Source: Pocillopora damicornis
Taxonomy: Eukaryota
Assembly: GCF_003704095.1 (NCBI RefSeq)
Contig: NW_020845410.1
Coordinates: 558,001 to 622,000, forward strand
Reading direction: 5' to 3'
Length of the DNA stretch: 64,000 nt
This document shows, in pieces, positions 19,367-31,077 of the stretch. The notes beneath the pieces are model-generated. The model was not told the DNA's origin. It worked only from the letters and a program-made list of their open reading frames with translations, and made no database searches. The position numbers and the translations under genes are program-made. How positions within the stretch are numbered: position 1 is the stretch's first letter; the number at the start of each line of letters is the position of its first letter.

Positions 19367-21176
19367 NNNNNNNNNNNNNNNNNNNNNNNNNNNNNNNNNN
19401 NNNNNNNNNNNNNNNNNNNNNNNNNNNNNNNNNNNNNNNNNNNNNNNNNNNNNNNNNNNNNNNNNNNNNNNNNNNNNNNNNNNNNNNNNNNNNNNNNNNN
19501 NNNNNNNNNNNNNNNNNNNNNNNNNNNNNNNNNNNNNNNNNNNNNNNNNNNNNNNNNNNNNNNNNNNNNNNNNNNNNNNNNNNNNNNNNNNNNNNNNNNN
19601 NNNNNNTCTATCACTATAAACTTTGCGTTTCAGTAGGGCTCCTTTAGGCATGCATGTGTTGATGAATTAAACATTAACACCTTTACCCACCTCCTTAATT
19701 CTTTAGCTACTAAGATCTCATTGTTAATTCTCCTCTCTGGCGGCTTCATATTTTCTTGTGGATTAGTTACAAGAATTTGGTGTTAGATCAAAATAACTTC
19801 TACCTGATAAGTTNNNNNNNNNNNNNNNNNNNNNNNNNNNNNNNNNNNNNNNNNNNNNNNNNNNNNNNNNNNNNNNNNNNNNNNNNNNNNNNNNNNNNNN
19901 NNNNNNNNNNNNNACTGTTAAGTATTGCTGACTTTTATTATACACCATTAGTTTGAGTTAAGAACCCCAAAACAGAATTTGTGATGTAGTTGACAGCTTT
20001 CAAATTCCTTGTTAACTTTTAAATAGATTAAATAACTGAAATAATTCAACAGGGTCAGAAAAACGCTTCAAAAACGACAAGGTTTCTGATAAATAAGTAA
20101 TTGTCGGTTAACATCATACATTCATGAGGCTCGATTTGATAGTGTCTACTACTGACACGAACGTCCGAAGGGACTCCATCATCCTCGTTCCCGGGACTTT
20201 TGAAGATGGAAAAGAGAAAGTCTTGGGAATGACATTATGGTTCCAGTTTTGGCGTCTTCTTGGTGTCGAAGACACAGAACATGTCACAATAGAACGCCGC
20301 CTCATTAACCAATTATTTTCGTTGTTTTCCTCTTTCTTTGGTCTTTTTCTTCTCCATTCTTTCATGTAAACTGTGTCTTCTACACTAAGTAAGAGCCCCA
20401 GTTTTGTACTGATGCTTGTGCCAAATTATATTGTTTCCAAAACAAACTACATCTGATGTTTTAAACTGACTATTTGTACTGTCACAAATACAAGAACACG
20501 TGAAGAAGATTTCTTACACAATTAGCTGAAAAAATTAAAAAGTCTGCAAAGGTTACAACTTAATACAAATTTTAAATCCCTGTTCAGGGGAATCCAATAT
20601 AGAGAATTCCTAGACAGAATATGTTTTCGGAAGAACGCGACCGTACATAGCGCCTTAGTTTCCCTCGATCTGATGCACCTGCTCATCGTCCTCGTCACCC
20701 ACAGTAAGACAGTAAGGGGAGAGGAGATTCGCAGAGATGACAATTCAGTGTAGGTTTAAATTTCTGAAATTACTTCCATGCAACCAAAAAACATTACCTT
20801 AAATCTCTTTTAACTTTGAAGTATTAATTTTGTGAAAAAGCAAATGTAAATACCTGAATAACAGTCTGCGTGGCTTGGGTAAATTTCATCATTAAACGCG
20901 AAGCAAGGGCTTTGAAGGAGGACATGGGCGCTGTGTGATTTCCTCGGAACTTCGTGTTCACATTGATTTCGTTCCTTTCTCAGTTAAACCTATCGGCAAA
21001 ATCATGATCAATGGCTATGAAACCCGTCAGACTTGTTACATATGATCAACCAATAGTGTAAAATAAACTGATCCAGATTTCCAACCACTTAATAACATCA
21101 AAAACAGAACCCAGAGTTACAAGTTAAATAGTTTTCTGTGTAATCCTTGCGCTTGCATCATGTTCGCCGCCTAAAG

Positions 21177-24100
21177 TTATTGTAAGGTGATCGACTTTCC
21201 TTCTTGCCCAAGATCATCATCTGATTTCGTGAGTTTTTCTTTTCCTTCGTTGAGCATGCATTCCTCCACCTCTTTTATGGTTCTGTTCGAAAAGATCATT
21301 TAATTTAAGAGGTCGATCAAAAGTTTTGTGGATACCTCTAGATTTTAGACTGAACACGAGGCAACTGCTTCATCTTGCCAGGACTTATTCCGGCTTCGTT
21401 TGCGATAATTAGCCAAGAGTAACTAACACTTACTGGATGGCATGTTGGTCTATTGGTTTCTCACCGTCATAGTCATCCCCATCATCCTCATTGTCATTAT
21501 CGTCATCGTCATCGTCATTGTCGCCATGTATGTCGATGACGTTATCTTCTCTAACGAAATCTTCGTTATCGATATGATTGTCATTATCATTATTATAACC
21601 CCGGGCCTTTCGATTCGGAGTCGATGCGTTAACCATATTTGACTATAATGCTTCCTACAGCTTATTGCAAACACTGCAATTAATTTAGGTGGAATTTGCA
21701 AGAATGAAACCTAGTGGCATTGTTAAGGAAATTTGCAACATTTCACGAAACCAAAGACACAACAATTTTGTTTAGAGGAGGTAAGATCTATACTGTTTTA
21801 TGTTCGCTCACACTGAACGCGAACCAACGCAAAAAATTTTTAGCTGAGAGCTTACTTGAACTGTAAGTTCTTAAAACCGGGAGCAAGTAAATTCAATTTC
21901 CTTCGTTTTTTAGCAGACATGTTTCAGAAAAAAATGTTTCCTAAGCTAGATAAGGACGCAGCCTGTCTTGGTACCAATAGAAATGAGAACGAGTATGTAC
22001 CTTAACAAGCTCTCACGCAGCTTACAGGATTACCGTGTAAACTAACCTTTCAAGCTCGCTGATCATGGTAGGGTCATCCAGAAACCTTTGCATGCTTTCA
22101 CATTCTCTCAGGTAAGCTTTGGCATCCTTGAATTCTTCCCTATTTTTGTGAACCATCCCGAGATCAAACAAGGACTTAGCCGTGTCGTAATGGTCTTTCA
22201 GCAGCTCACGCCGAATCTTCAGCGCTTCCTCTGAATATTGTTTGGCGATGTCGTACTCACCTAGGGCAGAGTAGTTGTTGGACAGATTGTTCAGGATGGT
22301 TGCCGTAAAGGGATGCCGGTCTCCCAAGTGTTTTCTGTATATTTCTAACGTCTCTCCTTCTCTAACTTTTATGGCCTCTTCATGGTTACCCTCAAGGGAG
22401 AGAGCCACTAGACAAAAAGGAAAAAAATTCAAACACTTGTTTTCTGGAAGCAGAAAGAAATATGTTCGTAAGGAAAGGAGCTGAAATACTTTCTCAAACT
22501 GATAAAGGTGGGGGAATACTCGCAAAGGTGGGAAGGGGCGAACTTGCACTGAGGTGAAATATCCACAAACCAGAAAAATTTTTATACAACGCTTTGTTGA
22601 ATTTCCTGTCGGCTTATTCAGCTTGAGAAGAAAGTTTAAGTACGAAACCTCACCCACCTGCTAGGTCATTGTATGTTGCACCTAACATAACAATGTCTGC
22701 TTCCCCACGTGCCTTTCGAATGTCGATCGCCTGTCGAATCTTTTCTTTTCCTTCAGTGAAGCTTTGTTCCTTTACGAGACACCGACCAAGTTTGGCAAGA
22801 CATTGAGCTCGACTGTTACCAGTGCTGATATCAAGATCACATTGGATTCTATCGGCCTCCAGCAGATAGGGCTTGGCTCGTCCAGCAGCTTCATCACACA
22901 GGTCTGGAGAGCAGCCGCAACTGAACACTTCCTTGATTCCCAGGGACGTGAGACATTCTCCCAATCTCTTGGGATCTTTACTTTCCTTACACTTATATTT
23001 CAGTTGTGTAAAGGCGCCGTCAAATGTTTTCTTTCCCATCATTTTGCCAAGCAGTTCTCCCACCTTGTTGAAGACATCGGTGCACCTTTTCTCTTGATCT
23101 TCCTCCATTGAACCTTTTACACCAAACCAATCGATGAGCTGCATAATGATTTCATCTTCACGTCGGTATTCGACGATAGCCTTTGAGACATCAGTGCTAA
23201 GGAAGCTCTGGAAGGTTTCTTCAAGGAAACTGAGAACGTAATTGATGAACATCTTACGGGCGTCGGAAAACACTTCCTGGAAAGGTGTTTCTATGGTCTT
23301 GTTCTGGCAGTAGAGGCTGTATACTGTGAGGATACTGTAATGATATGGGTCGGAAATATGCTGCTCCAGAAACGACCTCCTTGCTAGCTCATCTATCGCA
23401 CCTCTTAACTCGGCAGACTTCAGGATTCTTGAAGCTCTTGAGGTGGTAAAGAGACCTCTGAATACTGTTAGAGACACAAGGGTATTCTGATGGTGTGTAT
23501 CTAGTCTCTTGAAGCAAACGTCGATACAAACGTCGATCTTCTCATCTTCAGTTGCATCTGAAATTCTTGTAAACTTTTCTTTGCGGTCCGGGTTCGTCAG
23601 CATTTCCAGAAGATCTGTTGGGTTATCCTGCCACGCTGCCAAGGCAAACAGGACGAATGGAATACCTCCACAACAATGTGCTATTTTGCAGGCAGTTTCT
23701 TTTTCCAGAGGGGTGTCACCATAGACCTTCTTCAACAGTTGTAAAGAATCATCTTCATTGAAGGGAAGCAACTTGATCCACTGCTGACCAGTCTGAAGGA
23801 TATCGATATTCTTCGATGAGGTCACCAGCAGATGCGCTTTTTTTGACTTTGTAGCGATGTCTCTGAAGAACTTCATGATCTCTGTCTTTTCGGATGGAAA
23901 TCTTCTTTCAGCCTGCATCTCCATGCTTCTTCCATCGTCCAACTGAACTAAGAATTCAAAGTTGTCGAGCAGCAGTAGAGGATGGAAATTCTCTTCTTCA
24001 ATAAGGAGACTTTTGATTCTACCAATTGCCGGCTCTCTGAAAGGGAAGTGGTACAGCTGCTTGGCAATCTTCCCAGCGAGATCATCAAGGGAGGCCAAAA

Positions 24101-24995
24101 ACCTGCAGTTTACGTAGGCAACCACGGTCTCGGAATCGGCATCTAATATCTCGTTTACCGCCTTGACTGCAGTTGAAGTTTTCCCCATACCGACAGACCC
24201 ATGTAACAGGATGCATCTACAGTCGTTCTGTGAGTCGTTCTTATTAAGAAACCGTTTTATCTCGCTGAGCTCTCTCTTTCGGTTGACGAAATGTCGAATA
24301 GGACGTGGTAGCAAAGACATCTCTCTACGGACGTCTGAAATATGAAATCATGTACTTTTCGTTATTCACAATTGGTACGTTTGGAACGAGGTTGTAGATT
24401 AAATTGGGTAATTTTGTATTATCAACTGAGTTGAAAACGTAAATTGGCCACCATAAAGAGTTTCAAAGCTGACGTTTCGAGCACTAGCCTCTCGTCGAAG
24501 CTACTGGTGGGAACATGGTAACAAGAAAAACAAGAATAAATTACTTGAATGAAAAGTGTTTGTTTATACCTGAGGATAATAGTGCCGATTTGAAAGATAA
24601 ATTTTTCCTTCAGAGGTTTACGGCTTTCCAAACTGCCTGGATGTAAAGAAAGGCCATAAACTGCCATATGCTCCTGAGAATGATTGGGGAGATTAAAGAG
24701 TCTAACGACCGGTTTGGATGCGTCCTTGTCATTCCTTTCACGGAATCAGTCACCTAGCCGTCTTCCTGTTTAACCATTGTATATCTTTTTGTTATTTAAG
24801 TCGTTATTGCGAGCTTTTAGGTGATTCAAAATGGAATCTTTCAATGTAATGTTACCTAGGCCGTTTTTACCGCTAATCATAGATTCATGCAAGACCGACA
24901 CTGTTTAATACCTGTGGGATGCTGAGAAGGTATGTATTCCTCTTCCTTGCCATCTTCTTTTTGTCCTCCTTCTGTTTCCTCAGAGTAATCAGAAC
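21177..24995 (-). CDS. STAND (NB-ARC/AP-ATPase-like) NTPase-TPR protein, paralog B (exons 24995-24912, 24334-22658, 22407-22047, 21282-21177)
   Basis: Walker A LHGSVGMGKTS, Walker B LLLLDNFE, LLVTSS, CGGIPFVL, ELARRSFLEQ, then kinesin-light-chain-like TPRs (HPFTATILNNLSNNYSALGEYDIAKQYSEEALKIRR). Exons join in frame via phase 1/1/2 GT-AG introns. The 84-nt acidic linker exon has a phase-1 acceptor, so an upstream coding exon is required. The terminal exon is less certain. Confidence 0.9.
21460..21597. repeat. Degenerate (CAT/CGT)n trinucleotide tract
   Basis: Runs of tcatcgtcatcgtcatt...; this tract produces the spurious Asp-, Ile- and Met-rich ORFs in the track. Confidence 0.7.
24395..24502 (-). 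repeat. Dispersed repeat (Penelope-like terminus) with a degenerate hammerhead-like motif
   Basis: GGGTAATTTTGTATTATCAACTGAGTTGAAAACGTAAATTGGCCACC...AGCTGACGTTTCGAGC. The same block recurs at ~27140-27223 and ~36410-36501, and inverted at ~54390-54490. Confidence 0.55.
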
Positions 24996-26313
24996 CTGGA
25001 AAAGACAACACAAGAGTGAAATAAATGGAATCAGGTAAGTATTCCGTCCATGGGGATCCACAAACCGAAGGCCAGAAAAAACTTTTTTTCCAACCACCCA
25101 CGAAACAGCAAAGTCCTGTAGACTCAGAATTTTCACTGATCTTACTCGATACGGGCCCTCACCTGAGAGTACCACGCGTGGAATTAATCCACTTGAGCAA
25201 AATAATACAACTAAATCTAGCTTTAAAAATATTGAGTGGAAGCTTGAATAGCAGAGTTACACCCGGCTGTGATAATAATTCATCTAATACATGTTACCTA
25301 GTGTCTCAGATTTATACCAAACAATAATTGCTAGACTAAATAACTCGCCAAAAGGTTNNNNNNNNNNNNNNNNNNNNNNNNNNNNNNNNNNNNNNNNNNN
25401 NNNNNNNNNNNNNNNNNNNNNNNNNNNNNNNNNNNNNNNNNNNNNNNNNNNNNNNNNTTAGCTCTTAAATACTTTTCGTGTGACGTTGTGTTATTGAAGA
25501 CTTTAATTCCAAAGTATTCTATTCGCTTCGCATATTTACTGTAGATAAGATTTCTGTCAAACAGCCACCTCTAATTGGCGGACGGGGTAAACCTTTAGTC
25601 TTACTAAACTTATCAGGACCTAAATATTTAGTTCCATCATGTGTGATCCACCATGTCAAACAATCACCCCCACTTTTGAAATTGTGCCCGAGAAGATGGA
25701 ATGTTCTGGGCCCCAGAACATTCCGTATTTATTCCATTGTGGTTATTTAAACTCTCGCCGGTGACAAGCACACTCAGTGTTTGTTTCAAAGAGAAGCGAA
25801 ACTCTCGTTTACAGATCATTGTTTCCTATTCATTTAGCTTATTTCACTTCACGAAGACACTTGCCTCACTAACATAGTTGTTTGCAAGAAGATATAACCG
25901 TGTTATTAGGACAACTGTCGAATTCAATTTTCAAAAAGTGTCAAGCTGATTTGCGTGATGCCTTTTATAACACCCTCGTAAAAATCAATCTATATTTTTT
26001 CAGTAATTGTTTTCATTAAAGCTGAAAAGCCATAATTAATGAGGATGTGGTAATTAAAGATACTCTATTCAGTAATTAATAAAAAATAAATTTAATTGTT
26101 TGTTTATCGATGTATAGTTTGCTTTGGTACTACTTTAAGCGCCGTGGGGTGAGGCGAATTTCTTGTCTTGCATTCTGTGAATCTCGGGAAAATGACTCAA
26201 AGAAGGAAAAGGAAAAAGCCATCCTACGGCCCTTTCTCGATTGACATTAAATCGCAAATCAGAGAATATTGCATGACCTTTTAAACTTTTTTTGCAGGAG
26301 ACGCACAAACGAA

Positions 26314-27052
26314 ATGGCAACTGCTTTTGCCACAGCTAACCAAGAGCTCCGTTCAACGTTTGAAAACGAAAATTATCAGCGTCTTTCTCGACTGATTATG
26401 CGTGCGGGTACCGAGTTATTGAGAGCACAGTTTGACTCCTTTTACCCACCAAGCAGTCTCGCCAACAAACTGAGTGAGTTTGCCACCAAGCAAAAGTTGC
26501 TCCACGTTCTCCTGAAGCCTCAACGTGATCTTGTTTATCCAGCAACAGGATTGTTTGGAGAATCAAGAGACTTTGACATCAGCCTCCTTTCTCAACTATT
26601 AAAAACTCTTTGTTCGACGCAACTACCTCCTCTGCGCAGCGGATGGGATCGTCCCCCAAGTAGAGATGATTTTAGCTTGACTGCAGACATCGTCAGAATT
26701 AAGTTTTACCGCAATGATATTATTCATAAGTTTCACAGTGGAGAGTTGAGTGATGCAGAATTTTGTTCCCTCTGGGATGAAATCAAAATAGTCCTTTTAC
26801 GTATAGCTTCCCATATCAGCGCAGAAGCAAAACTGGAATGGGAAGAAGCAATCAACAAGCTGCGGCATGATCCCTTAACCCCAGAGGCTGCAAGAAATGC
26901 CGAGGAACTACAGGAAATGTACCAGAAGGACACAGACACAAAAGAACTTCTCGCTCAAGTGGTGAGGCAACTTCAAGACGTGAAGAATCAAAATGAACAG
27001 ATTCGCAAATTGGTGACAAATCGGGCTGGCTCTTCATCGGCAGAAGGAGGAG
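26314..27052 (+). CDS. DZIP3/hRUL138-like HEPN domain plus coiled-coil exon (probable N-terminal effector exon of STAND-TPR paralog B)
   Basis: Acceptor TTTTTGCAG at 26297, ATG at 26314, phase-1 donor GGAG|GTAGGT at 27052. The sequence NYQRLSRLIMRAGTELLRAQFD...SRDFDISLLSQLLKTLC...GWDRPPSRDDFSLTADIVRIKFYRNDIIH fits the DZIP3-type HEPN pattern (FDI-LL, GW--P---D-S, RxxxxH). A heptad-rich helix follows. Confidence 0.85.
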
Positions 27053-29751
27053 GTAGGTTTAAGGAAGAAATTGTTTTACTATAAGAAATACATTGAATAT
27101 TGAATTACATAGCCAACTTCGCCATTATAAGGGTAAGTCTCTAAAGAAAAAACTGTGCTGCTGTGTCGATGGGAAAGTATAACAGGGTAATTTAGTTTTA
27201 TCAACTGAGTTGATAACGTAAATNNNNNNNNNNNNNNNNNNNNNNNNNNNNNNNNNNNNNNNNNNNNNNNNNNNNNNNNNNNNNNNNNNNNNNNNNNNNN
27301 NNNNNNNNNNNNNNNNNNNNNNNCAATAAGGTGACATATTCTTAAGATCAAAAACCTCGTTTGGGTAATTGTCTTTGTATTCCGTACGGATGAACGCGTT
27401 AACAAAGGGACCTCTTTTTTTCCCAAACATTATAACGTACGTTACAGCGACTAGCAGTGAGTGTTAGTGAAAATATTTTTTTGAATTAGGATGTTCCGCG
27501 ATGGAATTCGAGCGCTAGTTAAGGGACGATTTGTGAAATTTAGTGACTTCGGCGAACAAAGTTCCGAAAACTTGATAGTTAGTTGAAGTTTTAAAGTCTA
27601 AGTTTTGGTTTAGTTCTAAATACCATGTTTCCAATCCTGCAAATTCATGCGCGCTTGTAAAGTGAATCTGATGTTTTTCGACGACGCTGAAATTACAAAT
27701 AGAGAGCTAAAACCTTCACATTTGCCTTATTGCGTTACGTTGTTTTATTTCATTGTTTGAACTAGGGTTTTTTCCCTCCTCAACAGTGACGGCTAATGTC
27801 AGACATCTGACAGTTGATTCCATCTATTTTGCCATGAATCGTGATCCAAAGCACGATCTTACAAAATTATCCATTAATACAACATAAAATTATCGGAAAC
27901 ACTTTGACTAAGTTACCTACCTTACGCTTCTCATAGATTGGGAGATTTGTCTTGGTCGTTTTCCACACAATGTTTGTGGGCTCTATTGAAAGCGAAAACA
28001 CTTCCCGTCACGCTTCAAAGGGCAAGTAAATTAATGCTGAATTCCACAAAGAAAAATATCAGAAATCATATTTTATTCATGGCTTGTCTTCTTTTCCTTT
28101 TTTCTTTAATTAGGATTGAAAATCGCATTGAAGCACAATCTCGACCTGCATTAGAAAAATTCTCAGTTCCATATGATGGTGGCTAAATCCGACATGGATG
28201 AAAACATTGGAGAATAAAATACGTAAGAAAAACATTGCGTCATTTTTAAGTCGGGACTACAAAACTTCATAACAAAAATTCATGAACTGGAAATTTTTTC
28301 ACTTGATAATCTTCAGAAACCTTTAAAACAAATATTTTTTTCGCATCATCATCATGATTGAAAAACAACTGCTGTTGGATGAATTGATCAGCCGGTCGAA
28401 TCATGTAAGATATCTTGGTGCGTTTGGAATGATGTTAAAAGATTTGCATACTCGTTGCTGCAGATGTAAATCGTTTTAGTGTTGGTTGTGATTAACATTC
28501 CTAGTCACTGAAGCATCAATCAAAGAAACAGACTATTCAACGGAAGTCAAGTGTACCTTAACGGTCCTGAACAACACCCCTTTAGACACTATCCGCGATA
28601 CGTTTTCGAATCTGGGCGTCGGCAGGGCAGAGCTGATTAACAAAATGCTACGCCACAGGTATGCGGTCAGTAACGCGGGCTCAAGCGCACGAGGTTTAAA
28701 ATTCAGCTAAATTTGTGAAGAAGAAAGGGGCTGGCATTTAAAACCATGGTATTTTGTTGTCGTCGAAGGTATTTTCCTATTTGGGGGGTTGTTCTGTAAA
28801 AGGAAGCTAAGGCGGCAAGGAAAACAACGCCTCGAAGCAACAAAATGGAAATCAAACATGCAAACGACTCAAAATCCGTTTTCCGCAGTTTTTTCCGCGC
28901 CAAAGCGTGGCGCATGTACAGACGTTATTCAGCTCTGTCGGTGGTAGTTTGGACGAACATCGAGAAAGAACGAGCCTCTAGTGTATCAGCGGTGTCTCTA
29001 AGAATCGGATTGGCCTATGTATCCCGTGCGTTCAATTTGTTACGTAAAACCGTACAAACCAATAATTTCTATACCATTCATAGTCAACGATTGCATAAAC
29101 TAGAATGTCCGTTTAAAAATTGTACTTAGTAGAAATACTAAATCGATTGCCTCCCTTCTCTGACCCTCTAAAATAAAGGTTAAGAGGTGGGTAAAAATTT
29201 CCATTGGGGGTGGGGGAGGCTACAACTTAATTTAACTTATAATATAACCTTTTCTTGTTGAAATAGACAGGTGTCAAATTGCAATCCCAGACCCCCACCA
29301 CTTTCAAATTTCTACGCAAATGAGGTAGTGAATATTAGAGATAAGCAGGGTTAGGGTGTTACGTCAAAAATTGCACAGGAAAAGTACGTGGTGTGCTTCA
29401 CTAATGAGCTCCTAGTTAGGTTTCTCAGTCGATTAAAATGCTGACTCCATTCGCAGTGGAATCTTCCTCGGCTTTGAAACGACGTTCACAGCCTGAGGCG
29501 AAGGGAGACTATACGGTTTAAGGATTAAGAAAATTTAGATGTCCCGTATGGGAACCCAGGCGAATGGTGCATAATGCTTGAGCCAAGTGTGAGAGTTACT
29601 GGGCTCTCAGTGGTTGACACGTAATTATTTTACCGTTTAATTTATGATTTACTTCTGGCTTTTAAACGAGCTCTTATTCGTGGTTAATGTACTCATCAAA
29701 TATCATTGAAAGAAGATCCTTAAATTGTAGGAATATATGTAAAGACGTCAA

Positions 29752-31077
29752 TTAAAATCTTGTTTCTTTAACATTCTGTTCTTCGTCTGATGTTTGCAAG
29801 GCAGAGTTGGCATAAAACAAACTCGCAACTTCTTTGGTCCCGCAATTTCTTGTTTCGATTATATTTGTTACATCTATATCCGTGGTATTTACTATCTGAG
29901 GATGAGACAGACCAGATAAAGTGTTTCCAGCCTGAGCTCTTTCCCCAGTTATGGATAAAGTAGGAGAAGACTGCATGTTTAGTTGTGTGGTTTTAGGATT
30001 ATCAATAATACTTTTGCATTTTAAAGAGCCGTGCACTATAACACCGTTATGGTTTTTTCTTGAATGTCTCGTGCTCGTTCGATTATCAGAAAGGCTGGGA
30101 AGGGCTAAGCGTCTTTCTTTGCAGCAAAAGATGGATCGAAAAAATCGAACATACCCTTGACGAAACCGTCCGGTTAAAGAACCATATGCAATCGGGTTCA
30201 CGCATGCGTGAAGGAATAACAAAGCTTCTGCGCATGTCCAAAAAGCTTTTGTAAGCCCAGCGTACGAGGCACCTCCAAAATCTAAAAGCACCCAAGCAAT
30301 TTGATTTGGTAACATACAGGCCATGAATAGAGTCACAATAACCGCTAGAGTTCGAATGATTTGAATGTTTTCGCTCCTGGTCTTCTGTCTGATGACCTGA
30401 CCGCGAGAGTTTATTGAAGTTCGCATTGGTAACCGGGAAGTGATTAAACGCATAGTAATTCTCAGGTACGCAGTAGCGATTATTGCTAGAGGCAGGACGT
30501 ACTGAAATCCAAATAGTACCGCAGTGTAGGCTTGGCGATATGAAAACTTTGGCCAACGTTCGGTACATAGAACACCTCCCGAACGTGCCGCAATCATAAG
30601 AGGAACAATCGTTAAGAAGGCGAAGATCCATATCAGGAAAATCCATATCAATGTGGCCTGTAGTTTGATTCTCGGTTGCAAAGGGTTTGTGATTCCTCGA
30701 CACCGTTCAACTGCCATGGACGTTAAGGTGAAAACGCTGACTGATAAAGTAACCGACATCATTGGCCAAAGTAGTTTACAGTACAATAAATTCTTGTTAA
30801 ACGGACGATAAAGGTCGTTTGTGTAAAAAGGAAGTGATAGCCATAAAAAAGTTAAATCTGCCACCGCCAGATTTAGAATGAAGTAATCGTTTATAGTTCG
30901 TCTGCTTTTTAATTTCCTTTTTACAACCAAGACGACCAGAAGGTTTCCTAGCGATCCAAAAATGAACAGACAGGAATAGAACACAACTTTAAAGGTTCGT
31001 TCAGCCTCACTCAGACTTGGGGTTCCTTCTCCAGTTTGATTGCTGCTCGCCGAGTTGTTACTGTTTTCTTCGCTCAT
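29752..31077 (-). CDS. Class A (rhodopsin-like) GPCR, neuropeptide-receptor-like, intronless
   Basis: First ATG at 31077 (MSEENSNN...). It has 7 hydrophobic segments, GNLLV (TM1), NLAVADL (TM2), ERC at the DRY position, YVLP (TM5), CMLP (TM6), NPIAY (TM7), and helix 8 followed by CC. Confidence 0.93.
   Translation of the reverse strand: MSEENSNNSASSNQTGEGTPSLSEAERTFKVVFYSCLFIFGSLGNLLVVLVVKRKLKSRRTINDYFILNLAVADLTFLWLSLPFYTNDLYRPFNKNLLYCKLLWPMMSVTLSVSVFTLTSMAVERCRGITNPLQPRIKLQATLIWIFLIWIFAFLTIVPLMIAARSGGVLCTERWPKFSYRQAYTAVLFGFQYVLPLAIIATAYLRITMRLITSRLPMRTSINSRGQVIRQKTRSENIQIIRTLAVIVTLFMACMLPNQIAWVLLDFGGASYAGLTKAFWTCAEALLFLHACVNPIAYGSLTGRFRQGYVRFFRSIFCCKERRLALPSLSDNRTSTRHSRKNHNGVIVHGSLKCKSIIDNPKTTQLNMQSSPTLSITGERAQAGNTLSGLSHPQIVNTTDIDVTNIIETRNCGTKEVASLFYANSALQTSDEEQNVKETRF

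Noticed and set aside
21430-21701. Asp-rich, Ile-rich and Met/Thr-rich ORFs (could be mistaken for a coral acid-rich protein)
   Set aside because: They are three readings of one degenerate trinucleotide tract inside an intron, with no signal peptide or splice support.
24570-24673. Exon-like segment (AG...GT) between the linker and NTPase exons
   Set aside because: It is 104 nt, not a multiple of 3, and has a stop in the required phase-1 frame; at most a decayed or poison exon.
28703-29129. Short ORFs with an FKTMVFCCRRR string reminiscent of a GPCR helix 8
   Set aside because: No upstream TM-coding sequence or consistent frame, so there is too little to call a pseudogene.
30086-30703. 205-aa alternative-frame ORF inside the GPCR, and similar overlaps within the class C GPCR and STAND genes
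   Set aside because: No recognisable motifs; such frames are expected by-products of long coding exons.
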